Below, in pieces: positions 29,378-38,257 of a DNA stretch of 64,000 nucleotides (positions within the stretch are counted from its first letter, which is position 1; each line of letters opens with the position of its first letter). Both the position numbers and the translations under genes were made by a program. The notes under the pieces were generated by a model. The model was not told the origin of the DNA. It ran no database searches and saw only the letters and a list, made by a program, of their open reading frames with translations. Origin of the DNA: Planctomycetota bacterium (GTDB lineage Bacteria; Planctomycetota; UBA11346); contig JBBRLJ010000018.1 in the NCBI GenBank assembly GCA_038231435.1, positions 32,001 to 96,000 on the forward strand, read 5' to 3'.

Positions 29378-29471
29378 AGGACGACAAAGGCCGTGGGGGA
29401 CCGGGGGCTAAGCCCCCGCACAAAAAGTAGGACGACAAAGGCCGCGGGGGCTCGGGGGCAAAGCCCCCGCA
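29378..29471 (-). repeat. Two ~43-bp minimal REP units, inverted relative to copies B/C
   Basis: AGGACGACAAAGGCCG(T/C)GGGGG..CGGGGGC(T/A)AAGCCCCCGCA at 29378 and 29429; resembles CGACAAAGCCCGTGGGG...AGGGGCGAAGCCCCT of copy A. Confidence 0.85.
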
Positions 29472-29475
29472 ACAA

Positions 29476-30387
29476 CTAAGCGATATTGGCTACCTGCTCC
29501 TTCATCTGCTCGATCGCGTACTTCGCCTCGAGCACCAACGCCGTCAGTCCCGCATCGTTGGCCTTCGCCCCGACGGTGTTCACCTCGCGGCCGCATTCCT
29601 GGAGCAGGAATTCGAGCTTGCGGCCGAGGAGCTCGTCGCGCGAGGCGATCAGGGTGTCGAGCGCCTCGAGGTGCGCGGCGAGGCGCACCAGCTCCTCGCT
29701 GACATCGATGCGCTCGGCGTGCAGCGCGAGCTCGCGCACCAGGTGCTCGGGGGTGACCGCCGCTTGGCCTTGCAGGACCTCGCGCAGCCGAGTGGCGAGC
29801 GAATCGCGGTACGCGGCGGTGCGACCGGAGGCGGCCGCGCGCATGCCAGAGTGCAGGTGCCGGAGCTCGCGCGCATGCGCCGCAATATCGCGCGCCAGCG
29901 CCGCGCCCTCGCGCGCGCGCATGCCGCGCAATCCTTCGAGGGCCTGTGCCAGCGCCACGCGCAGCAGCGGTTCGACCGTTTCGCCGGCACCTTGTCGTGG
30001 GGGGGGGGGGGGGGGGCGCGCCCCCCCCCCCGGGCCGGCCGCCCGCGCCCCCCGGGGCGCCGCCGCCACCACTTCGAGCGCGGGCACCGGAGCGCCCAGG
30101 GATTTCGCCCGCGCTGCGAGCTCGCGCCAGGCATGCTCCAATTCATCCAAGCGACCGGGATCGGCGGAGAGAGCGCGCACCGGCAGCCACGACACCTGCG
30201 CGTTGATCGAGCCGCGCGCGACCGCCGCCTTCAGCTCCTGGCGCACCGTCTCCTCGAGCGCGAGATCGTGGAGGTCGGAGCGCAGATGGATCGCGAGCGA
30301 GCGGTTGTTCACCGCCGATATCTGCACCGTCGCCGTCCCCCGCGCGTCCGAGGCCGACCCCTGTCCGAATCCAGTCATCGAGATCAT
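29476..30387 (-). CDS. yicC: YicC/YloC family endoribonuclease
   Basis: MISMTGFG, SAVNNRSL, DVSEELVRL, GRKLEFLLQE, REVNTVGAK, EQMKEQVANI. Confidence 0.93.
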   Translation of the reverse strand: MISMTGFGQGSASDARGTATVQISAVNNRSLAIHLRSDLHDLALEETVRQELKAAVARGSINAQVSWLPVRALSADPGRLDELEHAWRELAARAKSLGAPVPALEVVAAAPRGARAAGPGGGARPPPPPPRQGAGETVEPLLRVALAQALEGLRGMRAREGAALARDIAAHARELRHLHSGMRAAASGRTAAYRDSLATRLREVLQGQAAVTPEHLVRELALHAERIDVSEELVRLAAHLEALDTLIASRDELLGRKLEFLLQECGREVNTVGAKANDAGLTALVLEAKYAIEQMKEQVANIA

Positions 30388-30583
30388 GCGCGGAGTATGG
30401 GCCATGTCCCGGAACCGGAAGAGATCCACAGCACGCATTCGAGCAGGTGCCGCTCCGGCTACTTTAGGCAGCCTGACCTTGCCTCCTCGGGGGCGGCACG
30501 GAGTGCGATGTCGGGGGGTGCGAAGCGATCTCGGATGCCCATTGGGGCATCCGCCGGCCGAAGGCCGTAGACCCAATGAAAAG

Positions 30584-31780
30584 TCACCCGTCCGTGGTAG
30601 AGCCGTGACCATGGCCGAAAACGCGCGTCTGGCTGCGCCTGCCGATGTCCAGATCCTGGACGAGCAGGTCGGCCATGCGCGCGATCGCCCCGCCAGAGCC
30701 CAGTCGGGCGCGCAACAGGCCCAGTCCGCTCAGGCATTCGGCGCGATCCGGCCCCTTCCACAGCCGCTCGATGTGCGCGACCAGGCGCGGCACGGTGAGC
30801 TGGTCCTGGAGCACCTCGGGGCAGACACGCTTGCCGAGCACCAAGTTGGGCAGCCCGACGTGGTCGGTGCGGATGACTTGGCGGGCGATCGCGGCGGTGA
30901 CGCGGTCCATGCGGTAGGCGATGACGTGGGGCAGGCCGATGACCCCGGCCTCGAGGGTCGCGGTGCCGGACGCTATGACGCCCAGGTGCGCGCGCGCGCA
31001 CAGCTCGCGGTAGCGGCCCTCGACGAGCGGAAAATGCGAGGCGCGGCGGTACAGATCCATCGGCAGGTCGGGGACCTTGGCGATCGCCACCGTCATCGGC
31101 CCGAGCCGGCGCATCGCGGACTCGGCAGCCTGGTGGTAGATGGGCAGCAGCTTGGCCACCTCGCGCTCGCGGCTGCCAGGCGCGAGCAGCAGCAGCTTGC
31201 GCTGCGGATCGATCCCCAGCTCGCGCTCGATGCTCGACGTGTCCGGACGCTCGGGAATCAGGTCGAGGAGCGGATGGCCGACGAAATCAGCCGCGCAGCC
31301 GAAGCGCGAGAAGAGCGGCGGCTCGAACGGAAAGAAGCACAGCAGGCGGTCCACCGAATGCGCGACCGATTTGGCGCGCCGCGGCTTCCACGCCCACACC
31401 TGCGGCGCAACCACATGGCAGAAGCGCGTGCCAGAGGCGCGCAGATCCGCCAGTCGACGCGCCAAGCGCAGGTTGAACCCGGGATAATCGACGGTGATGA
31501 CCAGCTTGGGCTTGCGCGCCCGCACCACCGCGGCCATGCGCAGGCCCAGGCGGATGAACTGCGGCAACCTGGCGAGGACCGGGAACAGGCCCATCACCGC
31601 CAGGCCCTCGATATCCTGCTCGATCTCGGCTCCGGCCTTCGCCAGCTCGGGCCCACCCATGGCCGCGCACACCAACTCGGCCTGGCGGCGCTTGAGTTCG
31701 GCGACGATGGCGCCGCCGTAGGCGTCACCGGACGGCTCACCGGCGAGCACGAAGACATCGCTGGTGGGGGTCAGACCCAT
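30584..31780 (-). CDS. lpxB: Lipid-A-disaccharide synthase
   Basis: AGEPSGD, VDYPGFN, PQVWAW, FVGHPL, PGSR, SGTATLE, VGLPN. Confidence 0.96.
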   Translation of the reverse strand: MGLTPTSDVFVLAGEPSGDAYGGAIVAELKRRQAELVCAAMGGPELAKAGAEIEQDIEGLAVMGLFPVLARLPQFIRLGLRMAAVVRARKPKLVITVDYPGFNLRLARRLADLRASGTRFCHVVAPQVWAWKPRRAKSVAHSVDRLLCFFPFEPPLFSRFGCAADFVGHPLLDLIPERPDTSSIERELGIDPQRKLLLLAPGSREREVAKLLPIYHQAAESAMRRLGPMTVAIAKVPDLPMDLYRRASHFPLVEGRYRELCARAHLGVIASGTATLEAGVIGLPHVIAYRMDRVTAAIARQVIRTDHVGLPNLVLGKRVCPEVLQDQLTVPRLVAHIERLWKGPDRAECLSGLGLLRARLGSGGAIARMADLLVQDLDIGRRSQTRVFGHGHGSTTDG

Positions 31781-31961
31781 GGCCCGACATGCTGGTCCAC
31801 AGACCCTCGGCTACCAGGGAGAACCGACCGCGGACGAGCCCCGGGACGGCCAGGGGGTAAACGCGTACATCACACCGTAGTGACTGGCGCGACAGGGCTT
31901 CTGCGATAGCCGCCTTGCTTTGGCCGAGCTCGGACCAAGCTCAGCGGCCGAGGAGGGACGC

Positions 31962-34472
31962 ATGCCCAAGCTGGTATGCCAGTCCGGACCGAACGCCGGT
32001 CACGAATACGCCCTGACCAAGGATGTGACCATCCTCGGCCGGCAGTCGAGCTGCGACGTCCAGATCAACGACACCATGTCGAGCCGGGCGCACTGCCAGA
32101 TCCGGCGCGACGGCAAGCTCTACAGCCTGGTCGACCTCGGCTCGCGCAACGGCGTCCTGCTCAACGGCAAGAAGTCCAGCGAGCGCCAGCTCGCGTTCGG
32201 CGACAAGATCCGCGTCGGCCAGGTCGAATACGTGTTCGTCAAGGAGGCCGGCGACGTCGAGCTCAAGGATCTGCTCTCGAAGTACGAGATCCTCGAGAAG
32301 ATCGGCGAAGGTGGCATGGGCATCGTCTACAAGGCGAACCAGCGCTCGATGGCGCGGGTGGTGGCCTTGAAGATCCTGTCGCCGAAATATTCGAGCAAGA
32401 TCAAGTTCGTCGAGCAGTTCACGCGCGAGGCGCGCGCCGCTGGCTCGCTCAACCATCCCAATGTCATCCAGGTGCACGACGTCGGCACCGAGAATGACAT
32501 CCACTACTTCTCGATGGAGTTCGTCGACGGCCCCACCTGCATGCAGGTGCTCAGGCAGCAGGGGCCGTTCCCGGTGAACGACGCCCTTGAGATCATCCGC
32601 CAGACCGCCAAGGCGCTCGAATACGCGCACGCCCATCGCCTGATCCACCAGGACATCAAGCCCGACAACATCATGGTCGGGCCCAACAACATCGTGAAGC
32701 TCGCCGACCTGGGTATCAGCAAGACCTTCGACGAGGTCGAAGCCGACGACACCCCGAAGAAGGTGATGGGTACCCCGCACTACATGGCGCCCGAAGCCGC
32801 CCTCGGCAAGAAGGTCGACCAGAAGGTCGACATCTACAGCCTCGGCGCCACCGCCTACCACCTGCTCTGCGGCAAGACCCCCTTCTCGGGTTCCAGCCCG
32901 ACCGAGGTGCTCAAGCACCACGTCATGGACCCCCTGCCACCGATCACCGAGCAGAACGCCGACGTCCCCAACAACGTTGTGGCGATGATCGAGCGCATGA
33001 TGGCCAAGAAGCCCGAGGAGCGCTACCAGAGCGCTACCGAGGTCATCGACGAGATCCGCAAGATCGCCGGCAGCGAGAGCACCAGCGGCAACGGCACCGA
33101 GCGCGTCGGCGGCAGCGAGACCATGATCCTGCGCCGCTACGCCAAGGGTGGAGTCACCGGCGCGAGCATCCCGACGCCCGCTTCCGGAACCACCGGCAGC
33201 CGTACCCCGGGCGGCGACACCATGACGCCCGAGGGATCCGACGCGGTCCCTGGCGACGCGCGGCTGCGCATGCTCAACCGGGTGATGGTCGGCACCATCG
33301 CGGTGTTCGTGCTCATCGGCGTGGTAGTCGTCGCGCGCAGCCTGCTCGCCGCTCCGCCGGTCGACACGCACCCAACGGTGACCAATCCCAAGGATCCCGC
33401 GGTCGGCACGGGAGGCGCTACGACCAGCGCCGCCGCCACTGCCGGGACCACCAGCGCCGGAGCGACCACCGGCGCATCCGTCGAGAATCCGCCGGATGAT
33501 TCGCAGGAGCGCAAGGATAAGGCCGCGGCCGCGCTCGGCGCGCTCGAGACCCAGTTGGCGAAGGACGGCGACAAGGCCGACACCAACACGCTCAGCCAGG
33601 CGCTCGAGAAGATCACCGACGACAACCTCGATCCCGACAATCTCGAACGCGCCAAGGCGCTGCGCGACAAGATCGAGCAGGCGATCCAGCGCAAGCGCAG
33701 CCGTCAGGTGCAGGCAGCGTTCACGGCGCTCTCGATAGACGCCCAGAAGCTCTCCGACGAGCACGACTACGACAATGCCCTCAAGCGCCTGGACGCGTTC
33801 AACGAACGCAAGGATCCGGTGGTGAAGGCGAATTTCGACAAGCTGCGCGCATCGATCGATCAGGCCAAGGGCGCGTACCTCGCCGAGCTCCAGCAGAAGA
33901 TCAAGCAGGCTTCCGACAGCAAGGACGCCGCCCGCCTGAAGACCATGCGCGACTCGCTGCCGCCGGCGCTGCTCGGCTCTTCGTATGAGCAGGACATCGT
34001 CAAGGCGCTCAAGGGCCTCGATGACGAGAAGCAGAAGGAGTTCCAGGGCGTCTGCGCCGCCGCGGCCAAGGACTTCTCGTTGTGGCACTTCGCGGACTTC
34101 GAGACCCGCTTCAAGAACAACCGTCCGGCCATGGGCGCCTCGGCGGCCGGTACGCAAATGGACCAGTACCGCGACGCCGAGACCAAGCTCACGGCGCTGG
34201 TCGCGGCGCTGGGCGTGAAACTGCGCACGGCGCGCTCGGTCCGCTACCATGGCGTGCTGCTCGGTTCCCCCGACCCCGATCTGATCGATGCCGATCTGGA
34301 CCACGGCCTGATCATCCTCCCTTCGACTGGTGGTCGCGGCGAGCTCACCTGGCACCTACTCTCAAACGATGAACTGATAGCGATCAGCGCGCTGGTGCTG
34401 GGCAAGGACGCCGACGGATACAAGCCGGCGATCGCCACGCTGGGCGCCGCCAAGACCGCCGCGGGCAAGTGA
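31962..34472 (+). CDS. FHA-domain Ser/Thr protein kinase with TM and extracytoplasmic helical domain
   Basis: FHA GRQ..SRAH..DLGSRNG; GEGGMGIVY, VALK, HQDIKPDN, DLG, GTPHYMAPE; TM VMVGTIAVFVLIGVVVV; AGGAGG RBS. Confidence 0.95.
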   Translation: MPKLVCQSGPNAGHEYALTKDVTILGRQSSCDVQINDTMSSRAHCQIRRDGKLYSLVDLGSRNGVLLNGKKSSERQLAFGDKIRVGQVEYVFVKEAGDVELKDLLSKYEILEKIGEGGMGIVYKANQRSMARVVALKILSPKYSSKIKFVEQFTREARAAGSLNHPNVIQVHDVGTENDIHYFSMEFVDGPTCMQVLRQQGPFPVNDALEIIRQTAKALEYAHAHRLIHQDIKPDNIMVGPNNIVKLADLGISKTFDEVEADDTPKKVMGTPHYMAPEAALGKKVDQKVDIYSLGATAYHLLCGKTPFSGSSPTEVLKHHVMDPLPPITEQNADVPNNVVAMIERMMAKKPEERYQSATEVIDEIRKIAGSESTSGNGTERVGGSETMILRRYAKGGVTGASIPTPASGTTGSRTPGGDTMTPEGSDAVPGDARLRMLNRVMVGTIAVFVLIGVVVVARSLLAAPPVDTHPTVTNPKDPAVGTGGATTSAAATAGTTSAGATTGASVENPPDDSQERKDKAAAALGALETQLAKDGDKADTNTLSQALEKITDDNLDPDNLERAKALRDKIEQAIQRKRSRQVQAAFTALSIDAQKLSDEHDYDNALKRLDAFNERKDPVVKANFDKLRASIDQAKGAYLAELQQKIKQASDSKDAARLKTMRDSLPPALLGSSYEQDIVKALKGLDDEKQKEFQGVCAAAAKDFSLWHFADFETRFKNNRPAMGASAAGTQMDQYRDAETKLTALVAALGVKLRTARSVRYHGVLLGSPDPDLIDADLDHGLIILPSTGGRGELTWHLLSNDELIAISALVLGKDADGYKPAIATLGAAKTAAGK

Positions 34473-34527
34473 TCCAGATCGGCTGCCCGCTCGATCCCGC
34501 GGGGCCCGACGCGGCGTGGCGCGGCTG

Positions 34528-35715
34528 ATGGCCGGAGACGAGCACAAGTACAAGGGCGTCAAGGGCCACAATCAGCGCCAGGGCATGGGCCGGCTGCGCC
34601 GCGCCAATACCCAGGACAAGGCAAGGGTCGGCGGCCTGGAGCGCCATGACGAAGACGAGGAGCTGTTCGACAAGCTCGGAAGTCGATCGGCCTCGTCGCA
34701 TGGCGGCGAGACCCTGCTCGCGAGATTCAACCGCGTCGCGCGCTCGCCGGCATCGGCTCCGGGTAGGCCCGGAGAAGTCGCCGGTTTCGCCGGCGGGCAG
34801 GCGCTGGTGCGACTCGAGGACGGGCGCGAGATGCTGTGCTCGCTGCGCCAGGCGCTGAAGAAGCAGATCGCCGGGGTCAAGAATCCGCTCTGTGTGGGAG
34901 ACCGCATCCGCTGGGAGCCCGACGGCGAGCGTGGGGTGATCGTGGGCATCGATCCACGCCGCAACCAGCTCGAGCGCGCCGACAGCCACAACCGCTCGCT
35001 CATCCATGTCTTCGCGGCCAACATCGACTGCCTGGCGGTGGTCGCATCGCTCAAGGACCCCGACCTCAAATACGGACTGATCGACCGCTACCTGGTCATC
35101 GCCGCCGCCAATGGCATCCCGGCCGCGGTGGTCCTGAACAAGGCCGACCTGACGGATCCGGCGCAGCCGCTCGCGCTCTACCGGTCGCTGGGATACGAGA
35201 CCTTCGCCACCGCCGCAGCCAGGCGCGATGGCGGCGCCGCTGCCCAGGGATGCGCGGCGGCGCAAGGCGATGCCGGGACCGACAGCGAGCTCACCCGCCT
35301 GCGCGCGCACCTGCGCGGCAAGGCCTGCCTGTTCGCGGGACAGAGCGGCGTCGGCAAGTCGTCGTTGGTCAATGCGCTCTACCCCGATCTCAGCGCCCGC
35401 GTGGGCGTCGTCGCAGACGCGGGGCACGGACGCCACACCACCACCAGCGCACGTAGCTACGTGCTGGCCGACGGCGCCCGCCTGATCGACACACCGGGCA
35501 TCCGCGAATGCGCGGTGACCGGTCTCGCGCCGATGGACGTGGCCCTGCTGTGTCCGGACATCGCCGCGCGCCACCGCCTATGCCGCTTCCAGGACTGCAG
35601 CCACCTGCACGAACCCGACTGCGCGGTACGCGCGGCGGTGGATTCAGGGGCGATCGCCGCGTCACGCTACGACAGCTACCGCACGATCGTGACCGAGGAC
35701 CTCGCCACCAGCTGA
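34528..35715 (+). CDS. rsgA: Ribosome small subunit-dependent GTPase A
   Basis: Circularly permuted NKAD, GQSGVGKSS, GRHTTT, DTPG; Zn site CRFQDCSHLHEPDC. Confidence 0.95.
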   Translation: MAGDEHKYKGVKGHNQRQGMGRLRRANTQDKARVGGLERHDEDEELFDKLGSRSASSHGGETLLARFNRVARSPASAPGRPGEVAGFAGGQALVRLEDGREMLCSLRQALKKQIAGVKNPLCVGDRIRWEPDGERGVIVGIDPRRNQLERADSHNRSLIHVFAANIDCLAVVASLKDPDLKYGLIDRYLVIAAANGIPAAVVLNKADLTDPAQPLALYRSLGYETFATAAARRDGGAAAQGCAAAQGDAGTDSELTRLRAHLRGKACLFAGQSGVGKSSLVNALYPDLSARVGVVADAGHGRHTTTSARSYVLADGARLIDTPGIRECAVTGLAPMDVALLCPDIAARHRLCRFQDCSHLHEPDCAVRAAVDSGAIAASRYDSYRTIVTEDLATS

Positions 35716-35775
35716 GGCGCGCCCGTCACAGAGCATCACCGGTCCACCTCAGAACACTCTCCCTTGAGGCTCGCC

Positions 35776-38202
35776 ATGCGACACGCCATCGGACCGCTCC
35801 TCGCCTTCGTTTCCGCCTTCGCGATCGCTGGGCTCTCCGCGAATGCAAGTGCGAGCGACAGCGCTGGGAACAGCCCGGCGCTGGGGCTGCCGAGTTCCAC
35901 GATCGGCGACGGGCAGGGCGTGAATATCCACTTCACCAATCCCAGGCCCGGCGAGCTCGAGCAGCTCGCCGCCGGCGGCTTCCGCTGGGTGCGCATGGAT
36001 TTCTCGTGGAGCGACACCGAGAAGCGCAAGGGCGTCTACGATTTCTCGGCCTACGATCGCCTGACCGCCGCGCTCGCCGCCCAGCGCCTGCGCCCGTACC
36101 TGATCCTCGACTACCAGAATGCCCTCTACGACGAAGGTCTGTCTCCGCGCAGCGAGGCTGGACGCGCCGCGTTCTGCGCCTGGACAGCCGCCGCGCTCGA
36201 TCATTTCCGCGGCAAGGGCGCGGTCTGGGAGATTTACAACGAGCCCAACATCGGCTTCTGGAAACCCAAGCCCGACGTCGACGCCTACGCCAAGCTCGCG
36301 GTAGCGGTTGGCAAGACCATCCGCTCGGTTGCGCCCGATGAGCTCTACGTGGGTCCGGCGACTTCAGAGGTTGACCTCCATTTCCTCGATGCCTGCTTCA
36401 AGGCCGGTTGTCTGGAATACTGGGACGCCGTGAGCGTGCATCCCTATCGCCACCAGGCCCCTGAGACAGCCGCGGCGGAGTATCGCGCGACGCGCACGCT
36501 CATCGCCCGCTACGCGCCCAAGGATGCAGCCGGAATCCCGAGGGCCGTGCCCATTCTCGCCGGCGAATGGGGATACAGCTCAGGCGGCTGGGGCGACGGC
36601 TACGACGAGGCGCGCCAAGCGCTCTTCCTGCCGCGTGCCTGGCTGACCAATCTCGCCAACGACATCCCACTGTCGATCTGGTACGACTGGCACGACGACG
36701 GCACCGAGCCCACGGAGGGCGAGCACCACTTCGGCACGGTGCGACATGAGTACCGCGCGGGTCAAGCCGAGGTCTTCGAGCCCAAGCCCGCATTCCGTTC
36801 GGCGCGGACGTTCGCTACCCAGTTGCGGGGATTGGCGTTCCGCAAGCGTCTCGTGACATCCGACCCAACTGACCAGGTCCTGCTGTTCGCCGATGGCGAC
36901 GCGCTGCGGGACGAGCTGCGGATTGTGGCGTGGACGCTCTCGGCCAAGCCCCATCCGACCGTCATCCCCGCCAGCTCCGGCGCCTTCCGCGCCGTCGACC
37001 ACCTCGGGATCGACCGGACGGTCCAGGATGCCGACGCCGCCGGGCTGACCCTGGTCCTGGATGATGCCCCGCTCTACCTCAGACCCGTCGCTCCCAACGA
37101 TCTGCTGCGCGTGGCCGCGGCGATCGAGCGCCTGCCGTTGGAATACCGTGCGCATGCGCCGTCACGGCTCTCGCCTCATTTGCGCGTCGCCAATCCCCTG
37201 GACCGGGAATTCGCCGCCACCGCGCGCCTCGACGGCATCGACGCCACCGTGACCGTGGCCGCGGGCGCCCAGGGCGAGCTCACGCTCGCCAGGGACGTGA
37301 GCGAACGCCGCGACGCGATGCTGACGGTCTCCTGGAGCATCGCGGGGATCGGCACATGGAGCGAGGAGAGCGCGGTGGTGGTCGACGATCCGCTCGCTCT
37401 CGAGATGCTGCCGGCAGTGAGGCGTGGAAGCGAATCGGTGCTGCCGATGCGTCTGCTCAATCCCGCTGGGGAGGCATTCAGCGGCAGCGTCTCGCTGGTC
37501 GGCTCGGATGGGATTCTCAGTTCGGGCAGCGCCCTGTTCACCTTCGCTGCTGGCGAGACCGCCAAGACCGTGGCCCTGCCGCTCGCCGCGACGCCGGGCG
37601 CGACCTTCCGGGTCGGCGTCGAGGTGCGTGAGGGCGAGTCGCGCGTGCTGTCCGTTCCCGTCCACCGCTTCGCGAGCTTCGATGACTTCTCGCGCTACGA
37701 CGCTGCGTCGCTTCCCGCGGCATATGCGGTGAAGGCCGATGGCGATCCCAAGGTCGGCTCGCGGCTCGGCCTGGCGCCCGCACTCGTCAACGATGCGCTG
37801 GTCACGGGCGGCGCGCTGGCCATCGACTACCGCTTCGAGCCAGGCTGGAAGTTCCTGCGCCTGGTGCGCACGACCGACGGAGCCGCGCATCCGGAGCCGG
37901 AGGAGGAACCCAGCGCGCTCGGCATGTGGGTGCGCGGCGACGGCAGCGGTAACATCGCGCGCATGCGCTACATCGACGCGACCGGCCAGACCTTCCAGCC
38001 GTCGGCCCCGCCGATGGATTGGAAGGATTGGCGCTTCCTGACCTTCCCGCTCGATGGCAGCGGCGGGCATTGGGGCGGGGCGAACGATGGCGTGATCCAC
38101 CACCCGCTGCGCATCGACACACTGTTCCTGCTCGACCATGCGGTCATGGGCGAGCCTACCCAGGGCACGATCACGATCGCGGAGCCGATCCTGATCTTTT
38201 GA
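35776..38202 (+). CDS. Secreted clan-A glycoside hydrolase (GH5/GH39-like) with Ig-like and C-terminal CBM-like domains
   Basis: Signal peptide; WVRMDFSW, WEIYNEPN (acid/base), SVHPY, GEWG (nucleophile). Confidence 0.85.
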   Translation: MRHAIGPLLAFVSAFAIAGLSANASASDSAGNSPALGLPSSTIGDGQGVNIHFTNPRPGELEQLAAGGFRWVRMDFSWSDTEKRKGVYDFSAYDRLTAALAAQRLRPYLILDYQNALYDEGLSPRSEAGRAAFCAWTAAALDHFRGKGAVWEIYNEPNIGFWKPKPDVDAYAKLAVAVGKTIRSVAPDELYVGPATSEVDLHFLDACFKAGCLEYWDAVSVHPYRHQAPETAAAEYRATRTLIARYAPKDAAGIPRAVPILAGEWGYSSGGWGDGYDEARQALFLPRAWLTNLANDIPLSIWYDWHDDGTEPTEGEHHFGTVRHEYRAGQAEVFEPKPAFRSARTFATQLRGLAFRKRLVTSDPTDQVLLFADGDALRDELRIVAWTLSAKPHPTVIPASSGAFRAVDHLGIDRTVQDADAAGLTLVLDDAPLYLRPVAPNDLLRVAAAIERLPLEYRAHAPSRLSPHLRVANPLDREFAATARLDGIDATVTVAAGAQGELTLARDVSERRDAMLTVSWSIAGIGTWSEESAVVVDDPLALEMLPAVRRGSESVLPMRLLNPAGEAFSGSVSLVGSDGILSSGSALFTFAAGETAKTVALPLAATPGATFRVGVEVREGESRVLSVPVHRFASFDDFSRYDAASLPAAYAVKADGDPKVGSRLGLAPALVNDALVTGGALAIDYRFEPGWKFLRLVRTTDGAAHPEPEEEPSALGMWVRGDGSGNIARMRYIDATGQTFQPSAPPMDWKDWRFLTFPLDGSGGHWGGANDGVIHHPLRIDTLFLLDHAVMGEPTQGTITIAEPILIF

Positions 38203-38257
38203 TCGCGGTCTGCTCTTGAGCACCTCGAGCTAGATAGGGATCACCCGGAAACAGTGA

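Noticed and set aside
28856..29471. Repeat cluster as a CRISPR array
   Set aside because: Units are long, internally palindromic and only duplicated; there are no unique equal-length spacers and no cas genes.
30513..30573. Possible degenerate member of the structured repeat family (GATGCCC/GGGCATC and GGCC-GAA-GGCC hairpins)
   Set aside because: Similarity is limited to short GC-rich words and cannot be supported without a covariance-model search.
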